A stretch of 64,000 bases of DNA from the human T2T-CHM13v2.0 reference genome, Homo sapiens. The position numbers and the translations under genes were made by a program. Shown here one piece after another: positions 13,604-27,810 of the stretch. The notes under the pieces are model-generated. The model saw only the letters and a list, made by a program, of their open reading frames with translations, ran no database searches and was not told the origin of the DNA. The stretch's first letter is position 1; every line of letters begins with the position of its first letter. Location: the NCBI RefSeq assembly GCF_009914755.1, contig NC_060935.1; one strand, 5' to 3'.

Positions 13604-14959
13604 GCTGGCTAGTGGATGGTTCTGAGGGTCCAGACACCCAGCATGTCATCCCAGCTCTGAAACTCTCTCTCTCAGAACTAGAATTCTCATCCAGGCTTCA
13701 TCTCATTCACAGCTAACCCTGAGCAAGTCCCTTCTCTCTCTGGCCTTTTTTTCCCTAGCTGATAAGATGGGAGAATAACAGTTCGCACCTGCAGAGTGGT
13801 TGGGAGGATTAAGAGGGACACATACATGCAATCCCTAGTATAATGACAGGCACACAGCAGTCGCTCCATGTAAATTACTTCTGTTCTCCCTTTTTTGTTA
13901 TGCAAATAAGTGTCAGTGCTAACCTAGTGCTCACTATGTGCCAGTCACCAAGCTAAGCCTTCACTTGCAAGGGAAGTACTGGACAGCATTCCCAAGAGGG
14001 AAGCTGGATGGGTTAAATGTGGCCCTAAAAGAAAAGTGTTCTGTACTCCCTAGAAAGTGGAGATGTGATTTACTGGAAAGCTATAACGTCCTAGAAAGAA
14101 ACACAAGCCAAAAAACAAAACAAAATGCAATTAAAAAAATAGAGATATTTTACTCTGCCAAGGGCACCTTTCCCATCCTTTTGTAACCAGCCAAGGATCT
14201 TTTCCCGGTAAGTGTGTCTTTCCCATAATACAGAGGTCAGGCTCAAACACTAAACACAGTTGAACATCCTCTCATTTCATCATCTTTACTCTCCGTGCCT
14301 TCCTTGAGAATTGACTTTTCTAGACCCACTGGTCTAAAATTTTTATTTTAAAAAAAGGCAAATTAAAGTACAAAGCTGCTGGTACCACCTGAAAATGTCA
14401 AGGTTAGAAAGGCAACTGCTTCTCCCCAGGAACTAATGCTTTTCTGTCTCATAGGAAATCTTGTGCACGCCTGGATCTTGGGCACTGGAGACCTGTCGCC
14501 ACCAAGATCTGTCCTGCACCTGTAGGGGCCAATGGAGTAGGGGGCCTGGGGCCCTTCTCTGGCTCTTTATCCTGGTCCCTGCCAAGGCCTTAGTCTGGAT
14601 GTGGGGATCACGCTCCTGACAGGGCAACTGGGGAAGAACAGGGGAAAGAAGATGATGAAAACGAGCAAGACTGGTGGAGAAGGAACATTGCATGGCTGCC
14701 CAGCTAAGTGAGGAGCATGGGAGGAATAATCTAGGTCTTTCTTCTGGAATCCCGGTCCAGACTGTCACCTGGGGGCATGCCTTGCTCTGAACCACTTCCG
14801 CACTCCACCTTATGTCCAGACTGGGCTCCCACTCACACAGTATGCAGAGAAGGGGCAGGTGCAGGCTCCAGACTGCTGGGGGTTGAATCCTCGAACCACC
14901 ACTAATGAACTGAGAGGCACAGGAAATATGTCTTAACCTTCCCTGCCTCAGCAGCCTCA

Positions 14960-15161
<202 letters not shown>

Positions 15162-15279
15162 GGAAAGAAAGAAAATGAGGAAAGTGTGGCTCAGGAAACC
15201 TGTAACACAGTCCTTCTTTATTCCTTCTTCTGCATTCTTTCTGCAAACACACTGGTAAGCCCAAGCCTCTGCCCTCATA

Positions 15280-16220
15280 GAGGTTACAGTGCTTGTAGGG
15301 GTAAGAAAATAAGACAATGAGAGTGTGAGGAAATGCACATTTTGCTGGCAGAGACAGGCCCAGGGGAAGGCCTTTACAAGCGAGGGTGCTGGACGGGTTA
15401 GCAATAGGTAGCAGCATATGCAAGGCCAGGAGGAGAGAAAGGCTCGTGGGTTCAAGGACAGAGCAGAGGTCAGAGTGCCTGGAGCAGTGGACTAGGTTGA
15501 GAACAGCACAAGGAAAGTCAAAGAGCTACCTCCCAGGCCAGGTCAGGCCTGAGTTGTTTAAGTTTTATTTTAATTGTGATGCTAAACCTACTTTGAGGGT
15601 TTTTATGCAGGGGAGTGAGGCTGTTATAGCCGTGTTATCGGAAGACCTCTCTGGATGCTGTGTGGAGACTGTACTAGCGTAGAGTGGAAACAGGACCCCT
15701 TTTAGATACGATTGACGTGGTTCAGGGAGAGATGACAATGGACTGGATCAGGGTGGTCCAATTTGAGATGGAGAGACGGATGGGTTCAAGGAGTACTGTG
15801 ATATCTGATGTTCACTTGAGTGCTGCTTGGCACTGTACAAAGCACTGAGCATCCACTATTTTATATGCTCCTTCTGACAGCCATATGAAGTCAGTGCTCA
15901 TGTTATCTCCAGGTGAGAAAATTAAGGACCAGAGAGGTTAGGTGATTTCCCTCAGACCACACAGTGAGTAAGTGGCAGAGGCAGGATCTGGACCAAGGCC
16001 ATCCTGTTCCAGGGCCCATACACCACACTGCTCTTCCTTGAACAGGCCTGGACAATGGATGGGCTGAGGGTGGTGAGGGAGAGGAAAAATGAGACAGCTT
16101 CTAGGGTTTAGGCTTGAGGAACGGGGCTAATGGTGGTGCTGTTTACAGATGGGGATTAGCTGAGGGAGAGACTGGCTTGTCAGGGGCTGGGGGATCAAGA
16201 GCTCTGCTTTAGACATGTTG
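15280..16220 (-). mobile_element. L2 fragment with nested MIR (~15800-16035)
   Basis: L2-like text cagggagagatgacaatggactggatcaggg...ttagacatgttgagtt, interrupted by the MIR core gagaaaattaaggaccagagaggttaggtgatttccc. Confidence 0.8.
15778..16065 (+). repeat. Direct duplicate, copy 1 (288 bp)
   Basis: Aligns without gaps to 17902-18189 with 18 substitutions by hand count (~94%). Confidence 0.97.
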
Positions 16221-16769
16221 AGTTCCAGCCACTTTCGTCTGCTCTTCAGCCCTTTTCTGTCTCCACGGGGCAGTCAATAATGGGGGTGAAAGTGAGGGCA
16301 GGGCTGGTGGGGCAGAGAGAAGCAGGACAATTGTTCTCTGTCTACAGAACCTCCTTCCCCCAACACATGCAGCTATGAGCCTCCCAATGTCCTTTTATAA
16401 AAGGAGGTGTGATGGCAACATCTCCAGAAATGCAGCAAACGTTGAATGAGAAAAGCAAAGCAAGATTGTCTAAACACCTTTTGTTTGCCTTCAAGATTTC
16501 TCATAAGTTATCAATAGTTCTTGGGAGTGGCACACATGGGCATTTTCCACATCAAGACAGTGTAGGGAAAAAAAAAAAGAAGAGAGGAAGAGAATGAATG
16601 ACAACACAAGGCTGCACTATGCTTCTGAATGCTGGAGGCGGGAATCCAATGCTATTTCAGGGACTGGGGTGGTATCATGGGAGAATCTCCATCCTTGGGG
16701 GCCCACTTGCTGAGTCAGGTCTTGGGAACAGGCTGATTGATCTATTTCAGTGTTTACTGAAGAGTCATT

Positions 16770-17010
16770 TGGCTCTGTAGGATGTTAATAAGCATTAACA
16801 AAGCAAAGATTCCTTGTCGCATAAGCTTGGGAAAAGCTGGCTTATTATAGCTTCTTTACTGCAGGACTTCTCAGAATCTTGAACTTGGGAATGCACACTG
16901 TGAACCTCCAAGAAGGAGGGGAATTTCCCAAATGTGTTTAATCACAGAACGCTTTTGTAGCCAAGCACTCCAAGGATGCTTGTTCCAGGAAACAGATTTT
17001 GGGAAATGTT
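16770..17010. mobile_element. MER103C-like hAT element
   Basis: ctttactgcaggacttctcaga...tgtgaacctccaag...atttcccaaa...tttgggaaatg. Confidence 0.7.
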
Positions 17011-17901
17011 CATCAAATTCGTTTCATTCTTACGGAAAGGCAATAGAACCATTACTCAGAATTGAATGTTGGAGGTTCCTGGATGTGCAGACTGGAAAAC
17101 CAAGCCAGCAGCTTTGTAAGGAAGATCGAAGAATAGAGGCTGTGTAGTAAGGCTTGGGGCTGTGTGACCATAAGCCATTCTCAATCTTGGTTTCTCAACT
17201 GTCTGGTGAGAATGAGAATAACTTCCCTGTAGAATTCTTGGAGGATTAGTGGAGATAACTCACACTAAGGCCCCAAATGCAGGAGCCTAGAACACAACAG
17301 GCCTCTCTAGATCCTCCGAGGCCTCTGGCAGGCTCCTTGTAGCCCTGACTCTTGAGTGCATGATCCGTGCAGGTCAGATAGCCCTTCTGACCTCCTTGCT
17401 ACACCAGCTTGCTTTTTTCCTTGGCAACAGTGCTCCCCAGGTAGCCCAATTCCCTGCCATTATCAGGCTTCTCAAGTGGTCAATCAAGGGTAGCCAAGTC
17501 CAGCCTGGAACTTCTAAACAAGTACCCCCCTCAGGAAAGCAGTCTTTATAGCCAATGATGCAATTATGTCCCACAGCTCAAATGGCCTGGAAAAAAAAAA
17601 AAATCCAGGAGGAAAGAACCAGTGTGCACAGCTTTCTAAATGCATCAGGTTTCTAAAATGCTCCAAGGCTCCTTGTCTGTTGTAACCATGGCTTCTGCAG
17701 TGGCTAACACACAGGACCTAGCCCTGTGTTTCAAGAGTCTCCAACGTTTGCTCACCACTCAAGCGTTCATTCAACCCGTTGACCGAATTGAGTTCATTAA
17801 ACTCTGGACCGAATTTGGGGCCAGGTATTAGGGTGCAAATGAGCAGCCCATCTAGTGTGCAAGGTAGACAGTGAGTCAGTAAGCATTGGGATATTTGAAT
17901 T

Positions 17902-18189
17902 GGATGGGTTCAAGGAGTACTGTGATATCCGACGTTCACTTGAGCGCTGTTTGGCACGGTACAAAGCTCTGAGCATTCACTATTTCATATGTTCCTCCTG
18001 ACAGCCATATGAAGTCAGTACTCATGTTATCTCCAGGTGAGAAAATTGAGGACCAGAGAGGTTAGGTGATTTCCCTCAGACCACACAGTGAGTAAGTCGC
18101 AGAGGCAGGATCTGGACCAAGGCCGTCCTGTTCCAGAGCCCACACACCACACTGCTCTTCCTTGAACAGGCCTTGACAATGGACGGGCT
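17902..18189 (+). repeat. Direct duplicate, copy 2 (288 bp)
   Basis: Aligns without gaps to 15778-16065. Confidence 0.97.
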
Positions 18190-20782
18190 ATACACAAATT
18201 TCAATGACAACAAGAGGGTCCAGGCTTTGGTTCATTCCAAGGTGGGGTTTCAAACTAGGTCACATTTAGGGAGCATTTGGCACGTGCCAGATATGGTGGT
18301 AGAATATTTTTGCATAAATTGTCTCAACTTAGACATAATTACAACACAATTTTCCGAAGGAGAAAATAGCAAATCAGATAGGTACAGGGAGTTGCCCAAG
18401 GACACACAGCTCATTAGGGGGAGGGCCAAGATTCAAATGTAACTCGTCTGGCCGGGCAGCCTTCAGCCAGCCACACCTGAGCCAAATCAACTGAGGGAAT
18501 TGGCAGGGGCCGTGCCAGAGGGTTCTCTGGGGATTAGAGGTGGTGGTCTCTGTGAACACCCTTCCTTAACCTGGGGGCTTCAGACACATGCTCTTTTGTT
18601 CCTTCTGTCTTGTGTTTCTTTTCCTCTGCCTTGTGCAGGCTTCGCTTTCAGTGGAATGAAAGCCTCCTACTTATGTACATGCCACTGTCAGTCCAGAATT
18701 TAGTCAAAATGAGCAAACATGGAGTTCTCAAGAAAGTTTTTACCAGCATCTGCAATCCCCCATGCCCTGCAGAGATCAGCCTCAGGAACTCTACTGGCAG
18801 CAATCCTGGAATACTTCCTGAAGGAAGCCTCCTATGTGGCAGAATCCAAGCAATTATGAAGTCCAGAGCATCTTGTAAACATGGAGACCTGAGTCCTCAG
18901 TGAAGCAGGGAGAAGGGATGGAGGGTAGGGAGGGGGAGGAGGACACTGGGGAAGGGGTGCTACCGTGAGATTTGTTTCCCGAGAAGAGGCTGGGAGCCTC
19001 TTCTTCAAAGGCTCAGAGCTGGCTTCAAGCCTGAGAAATGAAACCACTCCTCTCTATGGGGAGAATCCTTGGAAGAATATTTATGAGACATTAAAACCAC
19101 TGCCATCAACCCTTTAAAAAATTCCTGTACATGTAATTATGGGTCCAGGGATGAGATTCCTGGATATGGTATTAATTACTTCCCTGAAGCACACAGCCCC
19201 CAGGGGCTGCGAGCAGGCACGCTCTGCCTGTGGCCTCCTGGGTCTCCCTCTGCCCCTACAGACCCTTCCCTTCATGAGTGTGCTGTGGCTTCTCCAACTG
19301 CACCCTGGCCCCGCCATCCATCTTCTGCCTTTCTGCCCTGCTCTGTGCCCAGGAGGCTGGTCAAGTGGGTGTACCCTCTGAGTCCCCTTTCTGGCCACCC
19401 CTCACTGGCTTTGGCCAACAGAAAGCACTAGCAGGAGAGGGGAGGGCAGGAGGGGAAGAGCCTTGCCTCCGCCTTGCTTCAGTGCTGCCTAGCACTACAA
19501 TGCCAGCTCCTGCCCACAGCAGCCTCTCCATCAGGCCTTGCTCTCTTTCGGCTTCAGAAATACCACTTTCTCTCCTTGCCTTGCCCATTTAGACCTGGGT
19601 GGTTTGGTTCCACCCCCAGGTGCCCTCAACATCTCTTATTTGTTCCCTTAACCCTGACTGCTCCACTTCCACAAAACACTTCCTTCATTCAAGTCTCTTT
19701 ATTTGGACCATCTGGGATGAATTCTATTTTCTGATGAGAATCTGACAAGAAGCAAATCAGGAAGGGAGCTGCGATATTTCAGGCCCATGGCCACAAACTC
19801 AGTAAGGAGTAAACCTGCTCAATCACCACCTCACTGGTGTGTCTTCATGTTCTGTGCCAGGTGTGGGTGCTGGAGATGCAAGCTGTGGGCCAGGGAGGGT
19901 GCTCATGGCCAGTGGGGAGCTCCTGATCCTGTTTCTCTCTCCTCTTGACCCCTCCCACTCCCCACTATATATACATGTGTTTCTATTTTTTTACTGTAGT
20001 CTAAAACAAAACACCACATTACTGACATCCTTGATCAACAAAATATTAGAATAATAGAGCTTTTTCAATTCATCATTCATGCACCAAACCTGCCCTGCTT
20101 TCTGTGTGTCAAGCCTTGAACAAGAAACCACGGCACAGAAATGAATGTTCACATAAGGCACGTCCCTGCCCTTCAGCACTGCCAGAATATTGAGCCCCAT
20201 ATTTCTATGAAGCAACCAAGGAAACCTTCTGCACTAGAATCAAGATAACCTGCCCCCCCTTCCTTTCTTCCCCATGGGTTCATCTGCTAGAACACAGCTA
20301 ACCAGCCAGCCAGCCAAACAGCCAGCCAGCCAGACAGGCACACATGCCAGCCTGATGACCAGGAATTTCATTCAGTGCCACAGCAGTGTTAATTTACAGT
20401 GTTTTAGACCCAGCTTGTGGAGGAATGAATAGAAACTGAACATAGCAGAGGGCCTGAATCCATACAATTCCTTCATTTTCCTCAATAGGACCTAATCAGT
20501 ATTTCTTTTGCGAAATGAAGAGTAACATTGATAGTAATAACACGATGCTGTGCAGGCATGCTTCTTGTTTTCATTCAACAACAGTCATGGAGCACCTGGT
20601 CTGCGTCCAGCCTCGCACTTGATCTGTGGGCTTCAGAGCATCCCCATTTGGTGTCCTTCCCTCCAGTCAGGGACACCCACTTCCCCATGCTGCTCATCAT
20701 CCTCACCCCTCTGCTGACCGTGCCAGATTCTGAGCTCCTGGTCTGAGATGCGGGGGGGTTGAATTTCAGTCCCAGTCTATCA

Positions 20783-21266
<484 letters not shown>

Positions 21267-21421
21267 TCAGGAGCCACCCTTTCATGAAAAATCACTGCAC
21301 ATTCTAAAGCCTGTGGTCACCGAGCAATGATGTGGGCTGCACAACATAGGGTTGCAGCCCAAAGTGGCATTGGAGAGAAAGAAAGGCTAGTTCCATGAGA
21401 GTGAATTAACTCTCTCTAGGC

Positions 21422-21594
21422 CAGTGGCTTTCACCTTGGATCCACGTTATAATCACCTAAAGGGCTTTTAAGAATCCAGATGCCCAGATTGCTGCCAAGA
21501 CCAATCAAATCAGAACCTCTGGGGCTGTCACCCAAGCATCAGTATTTTTTTCAAAGTTCCCTTCATGGTGTGCAGCCAAGATTGAGAACCACTA
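21422..21594. mobile_element. MER5-family (MER5B-like) hAT MITE
   Basis: cagtggctttcaccttgg...aatcacct...aaatcagaacctctggg...gattgagaaccact. Confidence 0.85.
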
Positions 21595-22373
21595 ATCTAA
21601 GTTCACTGTCAACATTTTGGGTAATTTCCACCAGATGGTCAATAATGTTCATTCAGATCACATATTTTAGATTGGGAGATTTTTCAATCATAGAAGACTG
21701 AAAGAAGCTAGGTTATTAAACCCTCTATTTGTGCCTCATCTACAAAAAAGTAATCCCCTGTTAAGATGAGAGTATATATGGATTAACTTCTATAATCAAA
21801 AATGCAATTAATTACCCAGTTAAAACAAGATTTTGAAGAGCTAATAATGCCTAAGTACAAATTATGTACCCTCATTAAAATCTAACTGTTACAAATTCTT
21901 ATTCAAAAAATAACCCCTTTTCTAAAGTAAATTTGCTTTACTTTACAGCTATAGAAAATATAGAAAGATTTGTGAGATTTATCCATGTTATTCCATGAAA
22001 AACATATTTTTCCCCATCCTTTGGGAATCCCTAGAGCTTTTCAAAGGTCCTGGTTCACAGTTTCAGCCTGTTGGCAGCACTTTTCCTAACACCATCTCTC
22101 TTAGTCTGTGGACACAGGATCCCTGTGCCCCTCCTCCCTCCAAGTTACCACACACCTGCACCCTCCAAACCCCACTTGCCATTTGAGACTTTGAGTACCT
22201 GTTGTGTCTCTATTAAACAGCACAGAACAATCCCCCTCAAAAAAACAGCATATTATGTTCTTTCATCCTTAGATTGTTCCAAAATCATTTACTCAAATTC
22301 TTTCTATTATAGAATAATGAAAAGAAGATATACTTTAGAATCAGATAGCCCTGGCCTGAAACTTTAACTGCAG

Positions 22374-23690
22374 GAGTCCAGAAGCAGACCCACAAATGAT
22401 CAGCCACCTGATCTATGGCAAAGGTGACCCTGTGGTACCGTGGGGAAAAAGTGGTCTTTACAATAGACGTTGTTAGGTCTATTGGTTATCCATATGCAAA
22501 ACAATGAACCTTGATCACGATTTCATACTTCACACAAAAATCAATTCCAAATGGGCCACAAACCTAAATCTAAATGGTAAAACAATAAAGATTTTGCAAG
22601 AAAATGTAGAATGTCTTCTTGACCTTGCAGCAGGCAAAGCTTTCTTAAACAAGACATAAAATGTGCTAATCACAAAGGAAAAAAGTTAATAAACTGAATT
22701 TCATTAAAATTAGGAACTTATCTTCACCAAATGACACCACTGAGATAATAAAAAGGCCACAGAATGGGAGAAGATATTAACAATATCTGGCAAATGACTG
22801 ATGCCAGAATATATAAAGAATTCCCACAAATAATTAAGAAAAAAGCAGACAACCTGATCTGGAAAAAAGACTTTAACAGGCATTTCACAAAAGAAGACAT
22901 CCAAATGGCCAGTAAACACATGAAAAGGTGCCCTATTTCAGTAGATACTAGGGAAGTGCAAGTTAAACCATAATGAGACACAACCATACAACCACCAGAA
23001 TAGCTAAAATGAACACGGCCGTTGTGTTCATTTTTTTTTTTTTAGTGAGCAAAAAAATTTTTTTTTATTTTTTTAGTGAGCAAAAATATCAGAACTCTCA
23101 TGCACTTCTGGGTATTTGCTACAATCACTTTGGAAAATTGGCAGTACTTACTAAATCAGAACAGATACATATCCTATAACCCAGAAACTCCACCCCAAGA
23201 CCAAATTAGTACCAAAAGACATGCATAAGAATGTTCACCGAAGCACCATTTGTAACAGCTCCAAACTAGAAAGTAACCGAATGTCCAGCAAGAGCAGAGT
23301 GAATAAATAGATTATGTATACTCACAAACGGCAATACTATGCAGCAATGAAATGAATAAACTCCGACTCTATGGAGCAACGTGGATAAATCTCACAAACA
23401 CAATGTTGAGTAAAAGGAGCAGACAAAAAAGAGTATATGCTCTGTGACTCCATATACATTAAATTATAAAATGGGCCAACCAAATCTATAGTATTCTAAG
23501 TCTGGATAGCAGTTAACTTTGCAAGAAGTAAGGGGAAAGATAGAGACTGGGAGGGGGGATCACATTCTATTTCATGTTCTATTTAAAGTTCTGGTTACAT
23601 TGGTATGTTAATTTTATGAAAAATCCACTGAGCTATACACTTAGGAGTTGGGCAGTTTTCTTTATGCTATATTATGTCCATAAAAAGTTT
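22374..23690 (+). mobile_element. L1M (L1ME/MD-type) 3' fragment: ORF2 C-terminus plus 3' UTR, inserted in a MIR
   Basis: ORF 22764-22973 translates as RIYKEFPQIIKKKADNLIWKKDFNRHFTKEDIQMASKHMKRC, a decayed L1 ORF2p C-terminus. Confidence 0.92.
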
Positions 23691-23997
23691 ATACACACAA
23701 ACTTGGCTGTTCCACCTTTTAACTGTGTATGACCTTGGGCAAGGCATTTAATCTACCCAGCATTGTTTCCTCTTCTGTAATAGTTGGAAGTATAATACCA
23801 CATATATTGCAAGGTTGTTGCAGGATGACAGTGGGGGAAGCTTGTACCCACACTTACATATGGAACACACATAGCATGTACTTCATAAATGAGTTTCACT
23901 TCCCTTCCCTTCCCTTCCCTATTGAAACTCTCTAATATCCTCTTATGACCTGAGACCTAGTCTCTTCCCCTTATGAACATTAGAAAATAAACAAACA

Positions 23998-24287
23998 GGC
24001 TGGGTGTGGTGGCTCATGCCTGTAATCCCAGCACTTTGGGAGGCCAAGGCAGGTGGATCACTTAAGCCCAGGAGTTCGAGACCAGCCCGGGCAACATGGT
24101 GAAACTCCATCTCTAGAAATAATACAAAAATTAGCCAGGTGTGGTGGCATGTGCTTGTGGTCCCAGCTCCTTGTGTGGCTGAGGTGGAAGGATTGCTTGA
24201 GCCCAAGAGGCTGGGGCTGCAGTCAGCCATGATCATGCCTGGGTGACAATAAGACCCTGTCTCAGAAAATAAAACAAAATAAACAAA
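23998..24287 (+). mobile_element. AluJ with short deletion in the right arm
   Basis: ggctgggtgtggtggctcatgcctgtaatccc...gaccctgtctc plus A-rich tail, with J-type gaggtggaaggattgcttgagccc. Confidence 0.95.
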
Positions 24288-25422
24288 GAAACTCAAAACT
24301 TGAATAAACAGAAGATGTTTTGAGTGTGAAAGGTGGTACAGGGCCTTTCACAAATAGTCTTGAAATGTTCTGGGAGTTTCTACATGGAAGGAGACAGTTG
24401 CCACCTTCACTGAGGTTAGAGCCAGGCCTGGGCCCCAGCAACAGAGATGTGAGTTCAACACAAGGATCGACCCCAGAGCAAGGCTGGTTCAGAAACAGTG
24501 ACAGTGGGGACTGCACTAAAATTACAGAAAGAATGCAGTGGGATGCTGCATGCCAATATAGCAACCATACTTTCTTTCCTTTTAACCACACAGGGACTCA
24601 GTTTTTCAGCAGCAAAATTCTTCACAGACCAAAAACAAAACAAAACAAAAAACCAAAAAATTCAAGGGAAACCACTTTGTTGCTTTACAAGTGCCAAGTC
24701 ACAATGTGAGAAAATGCAAGTTACAGAAAACATGAGATTCCCAGAAAATAAACTGGTGATTATTGTACCAGGAATAGGAAACCAACCACTGCCTGCCATA
24801 CCTTCATTCCCACCCCCACTAGATCTGGCTCCTTTGGGCGTAAGAGTGGGGCCTCGTGCACACAGGCAGGAGTTCCTCCCAGGCTACTTAGTTTGTGCCT
24901 AATCCCTTTATTCCTCTGGCAAATGTTTACTGAGCACCACTCGATGGGATGCCAGCTATAAAGCATCCAAGAAGAATGAGATGTGGCCACTGCCCTCATG
25001 GAGCTCACAGTCATGGAGGGTTCCAAGAGGTAAATGAGCAATTCCATGCACAGTGTGGCATGCTAAAGCATGACAAAATACAAGTGACTCCAAAACTGGA
25101 GAGGAGAGGGCATCTTCCTGGAGAAGAGGAGGACACCGGAGCTAAAGCTTAATGGAGGACAACTGGGATGTGTGCATTCCCAGAGGGAACAGTGTGAGCC
25201 AAACCCAGAAATAAGAAAGTACCACTTGGTGTTGCTGGACAAAGGCTGGACACAAGAAGAGCCAGGAAAAGAGGTTGGAGAGGTTGGCAGCACCAGATCA
25301 GGGAAGGTTCTTGGCCTCTGTCCTGTAGGCCAGCAGTGCTCAGTACTGGCTGCAGGTCAGAATTATGAAGCATCTTTCAAATCATATTGATATCTTGCCC
25401 TCATGCCCAGAGACGAGTGGGG

Positions 25423-25731
25423 TTTTTTTAGTCTGTTTGTTTGTTTGTTTGAGAAGGTCTCACTCCATCCCCCAGGCTGGAGTGCAGTGGTAAAATCATG
25501 GCTCACTGCAGCCTTGACTTCCTGGGTTCAAGCCATCCTCCTGCCTCAGTCTCCTGAGTAGCTGAGATTATAGGCATGTGCCACCACGCTTGACTAATTT
25601 TTAATTTTTTTTTGTAGAGAAGGGTCTTGCTATGTTGACCAGTCTGGTTTCAAACTCCTGGCCTCAAGCAATCCTTCTGCCTTGGCCTCCCAAAATGCTG
25701 GGATTACAGGTGTGAGCCACTGTGCCCAGCA
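25423..25731 (-). mobile_element. AluJ
   Basis: Antisense dimeric Alu. Degenerate TSD cagagacgagtg / cagagataagtg. Splits a MER5-type element. Confidence 0.95.
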
Positions 25732-25841
25732 CAGAGATAAGTGTTTAATGGGCCTAGGCCCCGAGTCCCATCATCAGTGTTTCTTAGAAGCACCCTAGGT
25801 GATTCCAGCATGCAGCCAATGTTGAGAAGCATTGCTATAGT

Positions 25842-26227
25842 CCAGGCATCTGCAAACTATGGGCCTCAGGCCAAATCCATTTCTGTATGGCCTGAGAACT
25901 AAGAATGGTTTTTACAGATCAATATTTGCAATCAATTTCATTGTAGGGAGCATGAACTCCAATTAAGCAAACTCCAATTTGAACTCCAATTAGGCAAAAT
26001 GTTATCCCCCACAAAAAGAAGTTCCATTTCTCCCATCAGTAGACCTGTGTCACAAAAAAGTACTCAATTATTATTATATTTTGAATGTCATCAATACAGA
26101 TTTGTGAAATGTGTTTTCTCTCTTATTAGGTAAGTACTCACATAATAGACTCAATTTCACCCCTTGGATTGTAAAGCCTAAAATATTTACTACCTGGCCC
26201 TTTCCAGAAAACGTTTGCTGACTCCTG
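25842..26227. mobile_element. MER58-family hAT element
   Basis: Termini caggcatctgcaaactatggg...ggccctttccagaaaacgtttgctgactcctg. Confidence 0.85.
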
Positions 26228-27810
26228 CTATAGTTGATGGAAAAGTAACATGGTGGGTTTTTGTTAAGAGGAGGACTCTGGCAGCTGTGTGGGGATAGAT
26301 TTGAGGAAGAGAGACTGGGGACAGGGAGGCCAGTGAAGCAGCCATCGTTTAGTCTTGGCTTGGGCAGGTGAGGCCTAATACAGAGCAGTGGAATGAAGGT
26401 GGGGTGGGAAATGCAGACCTCAGAGGTTAAAGGAAGAGGAAATAGTGCAGGGCTTGGCAGCCAATGGGCATAGGAGGTCAGGGCAAGAGAGGGGTCCAGG
26501 AGACCTTCTTGGGACCACCAAAGACCAGACAGAGCCACCAGCACCATCCCTTCCCTGTCTTGGGGGAGGGGTACTCCAAGGCCTGTGCCAGCACAGTTAA
26601 TGGGAAAGGGCTAGAGTCCCTTCCCCTTCTGCTCTTCTTCCAAAAGACGCCATTTGCTCTCTACAGTACTTGGATATAGTTCCCTTCCTGGCACCTCTGT
26701 GCATAGACAAGAGAACAGAAAGAACCAAATTGTGCTTTAATATCCTTTAGCTCCCTGAATCACAAGTATCACCCACTATGACAGTCAGGGCAGGTACTGC
26801 TATCCTCATTTTTCAGAAGCTGGGGCCCACAGAGAAAGTGAAACTGACCAAGAAAACAGGGTCAGGAAAGAGAGGCCGCCGATTCAGAGTCTTTCTAGTC
26901 CTCCTCAACATGCTGGCATATAACCTAGAGATCGGTCTGGCTCCAGCTGTTCTCAGAATGCCACATTAGTCCCTGGGCTTCCATGTAAGCTCCTGAAGGC
27001 CAGTATCTGTGACCTCACTCCAAGATCCTTGGCTCCAGGCCAATGTGTCCTGGGTTTGAATCCTGCCCCACATGTCCTCCACTGCTGAGCCTCAGGTCCT
27101 TCACCTGGGAAGTGGGGGATGAAACTCTACTTTATATAGTAATTTAGAGGCTTAAGTAGAATAATACAAAGAGCTGAGTATAGAGCCTAGCACACAGTAT
27201 GTATTCAATAATGCATATTATTTTATTAGGGAGGTTCATTCTTGCCAGTCTAACTCTTGTCTGCTTGAGCCTGGCTTTAGTGGACATGGTTTTTACATAA
27301 GAGGCAGTGTCATTAAAAGTGTGAACTCAGAAGCCAAAATGCTGGGGTGCCAAGCCCGGCTCTGCCACTTACTATGTGAACTTGGGGGAGTCATTTCTAA
27401 AAATAGTTGCCACCTGATAGTGTAGTCATGAAAATTCAGTGAGTTAAAATATGTAGGGCATTTGGAACAATGCCTGGCAATAGTAAGAGTTCTACAAGGG
27501 TGAGCTATTGCTATTGTTTTATAGTTCCTTTTTTTTTTCCATCATAATTTCAACAGTAGGCCAGTTCCTGGGACCCAACAGACCTTGTGCCAACAGTGAG
27601 CCTGCAGACGCTTTTACTCACCCAATGTTTCTCAGTTCCCTCCTCAGGGCCTGATCTGTGCTAGCCTGTGGGATGCCAAGTGGAACCAGGCCCCCTAGGG
27701 TACCTGAGGTCCACATGTCTTCGGGAACTACTGAAAATTGATTTATGCAGTCTCATACAGGCAATCTTCATCTCTCTATGAATTTATATAGTAAAGTAGC
27801 AAATATTAAT

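Noticed and set aside
22764-22973. ORF similar to L1 ORF2p (also 52491-52847)
   Set aside because: Decayed, frameshifted L1 remnants, not functional CDS.
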